A stretch of 64,000 bases of DNA, from assembly GCA_965112735.1 (NCBI GenBank), contig OZ218963.1:2728001-2792000 (forward strand). The letters run 5' to 3'. Positions 1 to 8,249 of the stretch are shown here, in pieces (positions within the stretch are counted from its first letter, which is position 1; every line of letters begins with the position of its first letter). Position numbers and translations under genes: made by a program. The stretch is from Phaeosaccion multiseriatum. Its lineage: Eukaryota; Protista; Ochrophyta, other classes. Under the pieces are notes generated by a model that searched no databases, was not told the DNA's origin, and worked only from the letters and a program-made list of their open reading frames with translations.

Positions 1-36
1 CCTTAAACTCACCCTCCGTGGCTGTGCACGACTGCG

Positions 37-402
37 CTAGCGCTGGCTCGTCCCCACCGTCAGCTGCTGTCCCAGCGTTGCAACCGTACGAGGCACTCCA
101 TGCGCGGCCTGCTCCGTTTCCAATTGCTGCAGCCGATCCTTCAGAGAGAGAGAAGGCCCGTCCCACCAGTCCGGAGGATCCGCTTTAAACTCCTGCTGCC
201 ACCGGCGCTGCCTTGCCGGATCACACTTCATCGCGTCAATCTCCTGCTGCAACTGCCGCTCCTCCTCCAGCTGCCGCTCTGCCGGATCACTGACCCCGTC
301 GGGCCTTACCTTGCGCTTCTTCGACCGCCGCCCCCTCCTCTTTGGCCGCGCACCAACTTCGGTAGTGGAACCAAGACCACTGAGAACACCATTCACCCGC
401 AC
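37..402 (-). other. Truncated ORF fragment left of LTR A, probably a remnant of another retroelement
   Basis: 121-aa basic/Q-rich ORF cut by the LTR at 406; no recognisable motif. Confidence 0.25.
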
Positions 403-405
403 TAC

Positions 406-600
406 TGTCGAAACTACCGACAGCTAGCCTCAAAGCCAAGCTAGAGCAGAGCAGAAACTGAAGCAAGCACCCGGAAGCCAGCCCACACGCAGGCTGCGCT
501 TCCTTTCTTTATTACTGATGTACCGTCTCGTTGGCCCGTTTTCCGGCCGTTACACTACTGATTGGGTCCCCAAGGGACCCCAACTAGGCCACTTCTAACA
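406..600 (-). repeat. Family A 3' LTR (195 bp)
   Basis: tgtcgaaac...cttctaaca; homologous copies at 27747-27930 and, inverted, at ~28839-29014. Confidence 0.92.
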
Positions 601-630
601 CCCCCCTCACTACACCCCCGCCTCTTCCGC
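601..630 (-). promoter_or_regulatory. Polypurine tract of A1
   Basis: Minus strand reads GCGGAAGAGGCGGGGGTGTAGTGAGGGGGG directly before TGTTAG of the 3' LTR. Confidence 0.8.
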
Positions 631-638
631 CAGCTCCC

Positions 639-3249
639 TCAGAAGCCGAGATGCGAGCGATAGAATTGCGTCTCGTGCGCCAGCCCGCTGCCCCACTTCT
701 CATGTTGCCGCAGACGGATCGTGCTTTCCCGTTTAGACATATGCCCTCTTTTGACATTCACTCCTGGATCAAGGGCAGTGTGCGGAAGGGCTTTCTCGAA
801 CGCCTCTATGGCCTTGGCGTGTTCCCGCTCCAGCCACCACTCAGCCCATTCCCAGGTCTGGAAAGTGCCGCCGTCCGCCACCGCCCACCGCACGTTATAC
901 TCTCGCCGCAGTGGCAGCCCCGTGGCTTTGCGCCAGCGGAACTTCACAATCCTCGCCAGCGTGGGCACTTTCCCCTCACTCACCTCGTCCAGCTCTAAGC
1001 TACGCTGCTCCTGCATTGCGCTGGTAGCCCACTGAGGAGAGCACCAACGGATATGATACCTGGCGAACCCTTCCGGGAGACCGAAGGGCCGCTCGCTCAC
1101 CCCATCGATGAACGGCTTCGTCAAGTCTCTGTGGCACGCCCGTTGCAGCTGCTCCACACCATTGCCGCGCACCCGTTTCATAGACAGATACACTGCGCTG
1201 CGCTGCATGACCTGATAGTGCTCTTCACTCACCCGCCCATGCTGAGCACAGTAGGCCCCCAGAGATGGCCAAGGCAAGACTGTATAAGGACCATCCCACG
1301 AATGCTGCAGAGCCTTGAGTTGCGCTGACGGGGGCCCTTCGAGCTCTTCCCCTTCTTGCTGGGCGGCGGCACCAGGACGATACAACATCACCTTGGTTCC
1401 GGGTCGCAGGGGCGTCGGCCAACGGCGTGGCTGAGGCGTTCTTCAGCTGCAATCTCCCGTGGTAGTCGCAGCGCCTCGCATTGACCACCGCCCCAGCAGC
1501 AGCCAGACGTGCCCGCAGTTCGTGGACCCATGCCGAGGCAGACGAAAACGACCCGTCCTCCACTAGCGCCGGAAGCATCGCCTGTAGAGGCACCGGGGGG
1601 TGCCGACCGAACAAGGCGTAGAATGGCGCCATCCCCGTGCTCTCCTGCGAGCGGCAGTTGTACGCATAGGTGAGCCCGGCGACGTAGTCTGGCCACTGCT
1701 GCATCTGTGACTCCACGGTCGTCGCCAACATGTCCTTGATCGTGGCCATGAAGTGCTCCACCTGCCCATTGGCCTGTTGGTGCATCGGCGTCGTGAACAC
1801 TTGCGACGCCGATAGAACCCGCATCACATCGCCCATGAGCGCACTGGTGAACTGCGAGCCTTGATCACTCACCAGCACTGGGGGCACACCCAGGGTGGTG
1901 ACGACGTGCCGCACGAAGGCCCGAGCAATACCTTCCGCCGTATAGTCCTGTGCCCTCAAAGGCACCACCACTGTCCACTTCGTGAACCAATCCTGAAACA
2001 CCAAGAGGTACTCCTCACCGCCCATGCCCATAGGAAAGGGGCCAGCCACATCAGCGCCCATGACCGCCCAAGGTCCATCCACCTTGGAAATGGACGACAG
2101 CGGCACAGGCTTTGGCTGCCGGCGAGGAGTCTTGCGTGTCTGACACGCCAGACAGGAGCGGGCCCAATACAGCGCATGTGCATTCATCTTCTCCCACCAT
2201 ACGCGCTCTTGCAGCGCGTCTAGCATACGTCCCGGGCCTTGGTGCCCGCCTGCGATGGCATCGGTGTGGGCGGCATGCAGCAAGGCTGGCCGCATCTCCT
2301 TGGGCACACATACTTGTAGCCGAGTGTGCCGCACCCGCCACCGAAAGCCCCCAGGAGCCCACTTACGCATCAAGAGCCCGTCCTCATCCACAAAGAGCTC
2401 ACCCCCACCTGCATCCACCACGCCGCCGGTGGGCCCAGCCTGAACACGACGACGGAGTGCTTCCAGCTCCGCATCAGCCCGCTGCGCACGCACCCACCAC
2501 GCGGCCTCGACATGCAGACTGCCACCCAAAGCTCCAGCCGCTCGTCTGTGCGCCGCGGCAGCAGGCACCGTGCCTGGTAGAGACCACCCAAACTGTCGCT
2601 CTGCCTCTCGTCGATGCCCATCAAGCTCGCGCTGCAAGGTGGACTCCTGCTCCACCGGCTCCTTGGAAACTGAATCCACTGCATCCTCAGCTTCATTACC
2701 TGCATCCCCTGCTTCTTCCGTGACCAGTAGATCTGCCGTACCAGGCTCCGACGGCGACTCCGCAGCAGGCGGCTCCCTAGGGGGGGTGATGCGGCCCTCC
2801 TCCGTAACAAGCTCCTCACCCTCGGTGGCACCAGCAACGGCAGCTGGACACACCTCCGAGAGCAGACGAGACGCATCCTCCTCAAGCTCGGCCTCCCATG
2901 CAGCCCACGCATGAGCGGCCGCGGCACCCGTTTGCTGAGCCTCCGCTGGTGTGCACATCGAGAAGTAGTCACGCGACACCTGACGGACTTGCTTCCATGG
3001 CAGCTCGATCATGGTATCTAGATGACTGGCCAACGCGCCCACCACCTTCCGCTTGCGCTTATAAGTCCGCGTGAACAGCTCCACCATCTGCATCATTGTC
3101 TCCCACGAGCACTGCAGTTTGAATTGCAGTTTGGCCAGGTCGAATACCTCCAACGTCTTGGAGTGGACACCAAAGATGTAGAGCGGTGACACGTGGTCGC
3201 GATCGCCCCAATAACCAACCGCGGCCTGCATGAACCTGCCGACTTGCAT
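639..3249 (-). pseudogene. A1 pol C-terminus: unknown domain, integrase and chromodomain (frameshift near 1430)
   Basis: HHCC (HTDAIAGGH..CLAC), DDE (GADVAGP, VSDQGSQF, ANGQVE), GPY motif (WDGPY), chromo-like RIVKFRW..EYNVRW..TWE. Confidence 0.9.
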
Positions 3250-3262
3250 CTCCTCCTGCTCC

Positions 3263-3351
3263 TGTTAGAAGTCGTACTTTTGCTAGACTGATACCTGCCC
3301 TCTGAATTCAGACCGGGAGGTATCAGTCTAGCAAAAGTACGACTTCTAACA
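3263..3351. mobile_element. Solo 89-bp palindromic family C unit
   Basis: tgttagaagtcg...cgacttctaaca hairpin flanked by CTCC TSD (3259-3262 / 3352-3355); removing it rejoins two same-frame pol ORFs. Confidence 0.92.
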
Positions 3352-5224
3352 CTCCGCAGGGGTGTGAGCAGGGCTCATCGCGCTAAGCTCCACCCCCGGG
3401 CCACCATGGACGAACGGCACACACTCCGCCATGCGAGGCCAGAGGCGGAGGAGCGCCGCAGCGTCAGCAAACGCGTACTCCCGTTGAGCGGCGGACAGCG
3501 GCCGCTTCGTCCAATCTGTGGCCCGCTCCTCCTTGCTAAGGTGTTGCTCCAAAAACATGCTGACAAGGTCCTGGAGTCCGATGAACTGAGCATGTTCGGG
3601 GCACACGCGCTTAAAGAGGTCACTGGTGTCCACCAAGTTGACGATGTGCTGGACATGCTCCGCGAGCGCCGGCCATCGGCCCAGGGCGCGTTGGTCGTGA
3701 CTCCAGTGGTGAGCCAGCTTCACAATCGAGGGTTCGGCCCACAGGTCCCGCAACGCTTGCGCCAGTACCATCATCCCCCCCGCCTTCTGAAGCGCGTCTA
3801 GATCAATCAAGAGCCCATAGTCACGCGCCACATCCGGCAGCGGCCCAACCTGCACGGCCAATTGCAGCAGCGACGCGCGCCGTCGGTGACGCGCCCACTC
3901 CGAATCCATGGCGACCACTTTGGCTGTGCGCAACTGAGTCGACAGAGCCTGCACGTGCCTCGGCGTAGACACGTACGTGCACCTCACTGCGGAAATGTGG
4001 CTCACAAATGGGGGCATCTGACCCGGCTGCCAGGCCTCTATCACAGCCTTCTTCACACCCAGCTGAGGTGCTCGCGTAGGCTGCCATCCGCATTGCTGGA
4101 GACGCTGTGTCCAAGCACGCCGAGCAGTATCCCTGCGTGACTGCGTCGCCGACAAGTCCACCTCTGCAGTCTGCCAGGCTTGTAGGGCCTCCGCTCCGCT
4201 CTGCTGCTGGTGGTGGCACCGTTGCTGCTGTTGCCGGGCCGTCACGGCAGGCACAGGAATAGGAAGGCGTGTGTCGGCTTCGCCCTGCAGCTGTTGCGCC
4301 ACTGCGAGAAAGCGAAGCAGTGCTCCCTCCGTTGGCTCCTCCCAATGAAGGCTGCACTCGTCCCCTACCATCTCCACCAGGTTCAACTGCACCCCCATCG
4401 AAGCACACCAGGTGTGCAAGGGCGACGGCCACTCGCACGCAACCATGGCCAAGTCTACCCCCGCATGCGTCGCCCACTCCTGCACCGGAAGCGCGTTGCG
4501 AGAGAGGCAGTCAGGCACCACCACTTGCTTCCCGGGACGATGCACAAACTGCAAGTGGTGCGTAGAGAGCCGCTCGTACCATCTGAACAGCTTGGAATTG
4601 GTATCCTTGTGCCCAGCCAACCACAACAAGGGCTGATGGACCGTCACCACTGTGGTGGGGTAGTGGCAGATGTACATGGCCAGTTTACGCACACACCACA
4701 CCACTGCCAGCAGCTTCAGCTCAGTGCTGCTCAGTCGCGCCTCCGTCTCCGTGGTAGCCCGACTGATGAACGTCACCACACGCTCCTCCCCGGTCGCATC
4801 TTTCTGAGAGAGCACTCCTGCTAACCCTTCCGTCGAGGCGTCGGTGCTCAGGGTGAAAGTCGTCGCTGGCCCGTACTCCGGAAAGGCCAGTGCAGGGGAA
4901 GACAACATGTTGGCAACGAGTCCATCCCAAGCTGCATCGTGCGAGGCATTCCAGGCGGTGCTCACGTCGACGCCCTTACGCAGTAGCCCATTGAGGGGCC
5001 GCACTTTGCGCGCAAACTCCGGAATGAAACGGCGAAAGTAGCTGAGCATGTCAATGAAACGCCGCACCTGCTTAACTCGATTGACGCCACCATCCTTCGC
5101 AAGCAACCTCAACGGCTTGACCAGCTCTTGCACCACCGCATGCTTGGCCGGGTCTGTGCGCACCCCATTCTGATCCAGCAAATGCCCGCAGAACCGCACC
5201 TCCGGTGCACCCAATACAGCCTTA
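3352..5224 (-). pseudogene. A1 pol: RT thumb, RNase H and DEDDy 3'-5' exonuclease
   Basis: FCGH, YFRRFIPEFA, TDAS..GLAGVLSQ, PDCLSR; exonuclease motifs AMDSEW, HDQRAL, DWTKRPLS..QREYAFAD. Confidence 0.92.
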
Positions 5225-5425
5225 TGTAAAAGCGACTTAAGTCGCTTAGACAAGTGGTAACACTCGATATATTATACGGAATGGAACCCGTTTGCAAGCC
5301 CTGCTGCTAGGCTCTCCTTATACCAAGATCACCTTTTCTGACGTCCTCTTGCCCTCAGAATCTACGTAATATAGGACACGCCGACCATTGACTTATGGTC
5401 CTTCTCACTCTGAGGCCTTCCAACA
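5225..5425 (-). repeat. Family D 3' LTR
   Basis: tgtaaaagcg...ccttccaaca; contains the perfect 18-bp palindrome AAGCGACTTAAGTCGCTT (5230-5247). Confidence 0.93.
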
Positions 5426-5660
5426 TCCCCAATGCCTATCCCGTAACCTTCCAACATCCCCAATGCCAACCCGCTTGCAAGCCCTGCTGCTAGGCTCTCC
5501 TTATACCAAGATCACCTTTTCTGACGTCCTCTTGCCCTCAGAATCTACGTAATATAGGACACGCCGACCATTGACTTATGGTCCTTCTCACTCTGAGGCC
5601 TTCCAACATCCCCAATGCCTATCCCGTAACCTTCCAACATCCCCAATGCCTATCCCGTCT
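5426..5660 (-). repeat. Tandem partial duplication of LTR D and its PPT region
   Basis: Partial LTR copy at ~5469-5609 plus repeated ccttccaacatccccaatgcc units. Confidence 0.85.
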
Positions 5661-5684
5661 CTGCGACCACCACCACCGCAAGGT

Positions 5685-7877
5685 CTAGAACCCCAAATGT
5701 TGTGCCGTCTCCGCAGCGATGCCCATCCCCCACTTCTCGTGCAACATGGCGCGCACGGTGCGCTCTCGTTTAGACCGCTGCCCACGCTTGCGCTGCACGC
5801 TCGGGTCCAACGCCCCTGGCGCCAAAGAGTCCTCGAATGCCTCTATTGCCGCCCTCTCTCCGCGCCGCAAGAGCCAATCGTCCCACTCCCACGTCTGATA
5901 ACTGCCGCCCTCCCGTACAGCCCAACGTACACAGTACTCACGCCGGAGGGGCTGTCCTGTGGCCTTACGCCACCTCATCTTCACTATCCGCGCCAGCTCA
6001 GGCGCCAGCCCTATCCCAACCTCGTCGTCGGTCACGCTACGCTTCTCCTGCAGTGCACTAGTACCCCAGTGGGCTGAGCAGTAACGGATGTGGTATCGAG
6101 CGAACCCATCTGGTAGTCCTTGCGGCTGGCCACTCACCCCATCAACGAACGGCTTGGTGAGGTCCCTATGGTACGCCCCTTGCTTGAACTCCACTCCCCC
6201 GCCTCTGACCCTCGGCACATCCAGATACACCGTGCTGCGGCGCATCACCGCGTAGTGCTCGTCGTTGAGTACGCCACCATGTCGCGCCTGGAAGGCCTGC
6301 TGTGTGGGCCAAGCCAGGACTTGGAACGGTCCGTCCCAAGCATGACTCAGCGCCTTGAGCGTCAGTGCCTTCTGCTCCTCCATGGCCTCACCCTCCTCCT
6401 GCGCCGCCCCCCCTGGACGGTACAACCACACCTTAGTGCCAGGAGGCATCGGCGCTGGCCAGCGACGCTCACGGTTCTTGAGCTGTAGCCTGCTGCGGTA
6501 CTCCTCGCGCCTGCCCGTCACCACCTGCGCCGCCGCTGCCATCCGCGCCCTCAGCTCGTGCACCCATGCCGAAGGCGTCTCGAACGAGCCGTCCTCCTCG
6601 AGGGCAGGCAGCATCGCTTGAAGTGGAATTGGGGGGTGTCGACCGAAGAGAGTGTAGTACGGTGAGAGGCCTGTGGTCTTGTGAGCCCTGCAGTTGTACG
6701 CGTACGTGAGTGCGGGAACATACTCAGGCCACTGCTGCATTTGGGCCTCCACTGTCGTCGCCAGCATGTCCTTCATCGTGGCCATGAAGCGCTCCACTTG
6801 CCCATTGGCTTGCTGATGCATCGGCGTAGTGAAGACTTGTGATGTCTGGAGTACGCGCAGCACATCGGCCATGAGAGTGCTCGTGAATTGCGACCCCTGA
6901 TCACTGACCAGCACCTTGGGCGCCCCCAGCACCGTCACTACGTGCCGCACGAATGCCCGAGCAATGCCCTCCGCTGTATAGTCCTTGGCGCACAATGGCA
7001 CCACCACTGTCCATTTGGTGAACCAATCTTGAAACACCAAAATGTACTCCTCCCTCCCCATGGCCATGGGGAGAGGTCCTGCCACGTCAGCACCCATAAC
7101 CGCCCATGGCCCATTCACAGCCGCCGATGATATGGACGAGAGCGGAACCTGTGGAGGTCGCCTCCGTGGTGTCTTGCGTGTCTGGCACGCAAGACATGAA
7201 CGGGCCCAGTACAGCGCATGCCCGTTCATGGAGGGCCACCACACTCGCTCCTGCAGCGCGTCCAGCATCCGCCCTGGCCCGTGATGGCCGCCTGAGACCG
7301 CATCGCCGTGCGTGGCATGCAGTAGAGCAGGCCTGAGCGCCTGGGGGACGCAGAGCTGCAACCTCGTTCGCTCTACTCGCCACCGTCGCCCCCCGGGGGC
7401 CCACTTGCGGCGAAGGACTCCATCGCCATCGAGAGAGAACTCCCCCCCGCCCGCATCGAACACCCCCTCGCCCGGGGGGGCTGCCAAGACCTTCTGACGC
7501 CACCCCTCCAACTCAGCGTCCTGCTGCTGCGCCTTCACCCACCACGCGGGCTGGTAAGTCCGAGCCCCATGCAATATGCGAGCTGCGCACGACTGCGCAC
7601 CCGCTGCTGGGGGAACACCAGGGAGGGACCACCCAAATTGCCGCGTAGCAGCCTGCCTTGCGGACTCCACGTCTGCCAGCGCTGCTGCCTCGCTCGCCGC
7701 AGCCGCATAGCCGTCGGTGTCAGCCGCTGGAGTCTCTCCATCCTCTCGCCCCTCCATCACCTTGGGCGTGCCACCAACTGTGAGTCCGCCGCTGCCTCCT
7801 CCCCCGCCGCCTCCTCCGCCTCCTCCTCCTCCGCCGCCTCCTCCGCCTCCTCCTCCGCCTCCTCCGTCGCCGCCGCC
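5685..7877 (-). CDS. Family D integrase with GPF motif and chromodomain
   Basis: HGDAVSGGH..CLAC, GADVAGP, VSDQGSQF, NGQVERF, WDGPF, EYCVRW..TWE. Confidence 0.92.
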   Translation of the reverse strand, partial: GGGDGGGGGGGGGGGGGGGGGGGGGGGGSGGLTVGGTPKVMEGREDGETPAADTDGYAAAASEAAALADVESARQAATRQFGWSLPGVPPAAGAQSCAARILHGARTYQPAWWVKAQQQDAELEGWRQKVLAAPPGEGVFDAGGGEFSLDGDGVLRRKWAPGGRRWRVERTRLQLCVPQALRPALLHATHGDAVSGGHHGPGRMLDALQERVWWPSMNGHALYWARSCLACQTRKTPRRRPPQVPLSSISSAAVNGPWAVMGADVAGPLPMAMGREEYILVFQDWFTKWTVVVPLCAKDYTAEGIARAFVRHVVTVLGAPKVLVSDQGSQFTSTLMADVLRVLQTSQVFTTPMHQQANGQVERFMATMKDMLATTVEAQMQQWPEYVPALTYAYNCRAHKTTGLSPYYTLFGRHPPIPLQAMLPALEEDGSFETPSAWVHELRARMAAAAQVVTGRREEYRSRLQLKNRERRWPAPMPPGTKVWLYRPGGAAQEEGEAMEEQKALTLKALSHAWDGPFQVLAWPTQQAFQARHGGVLNDEHYAVMRRSTVYLDVPRVRGGGVEFKQGAYHRDLTKPFVDGVSGQPQGLPDGFARYHIRYCSAHWGTSALQEKRSVTDDEVGIGLAPELARIVKMRWRKATGQPLRREYCVRWAVREGGSYQTWEWDDWLLRRGERAAIEAFEDSLAPGALDPSVQRKRGQRSKRERTVRAMLHEKWGMGIAAETAQHLGF

Positions 7878-8249
7878 TGTTACGATATAAGGCATCCCAA
7901 TATGCCTTCAGTATAATCCGAACGTTTGGATAATACTGAAGGCATATTGGGATGCCTTATATCGTAACAAAAGGTGGGTTCGGTGAGCCCTACCTTCACA
8001 CCGGGGGGTTGGTGCTACCGAAACGTTCGACCCTAAATACTGTCCCTCATCCCCACCAGTTTTCCGTGCTTTTTCCCTAGGGTACGACCCTCTGGTAACC
8101 CCCCTCGGGAAATATCATTTTTTTCCTCTTCCTCAAGTAGGACTCGAACCCCTCTTTTGTTACGATATAAGGCATCCCAATATGCCTTCAGTATTATCCG
8201 AACGTTTGGATAATACTGAAGGCATATTGGGATGCCTTACATCGTAACA
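7878..8249. mobile_element. Family E mini-element (372 bp): two 92-bp palindromic terminal units around a 188-bp core
   Basis: Units tgttacgat...atcgtaaca at 7878-7969 and 8158-8249; interrupts D pol; only a 2-bp (CC) duplication is visible. Confidence 0.88.

Noticed and set aside
3259-3355. Solo C unit as a spliceable introner (GT...CTAACAG on the minus strand)
   Set aside because: The terminal GT/AG pairs remove 89, 91, 92 or 94 nt of the 93-nt addition, so none restores the frame
7878-8249. Retrozyme (hammerhead ribozyme) in families B, C or E
   Set aside because: No correctly arranged CUGANGA...GAAA core found by eye on either strand; an Infernal search would be needed to exclude other ribozymes
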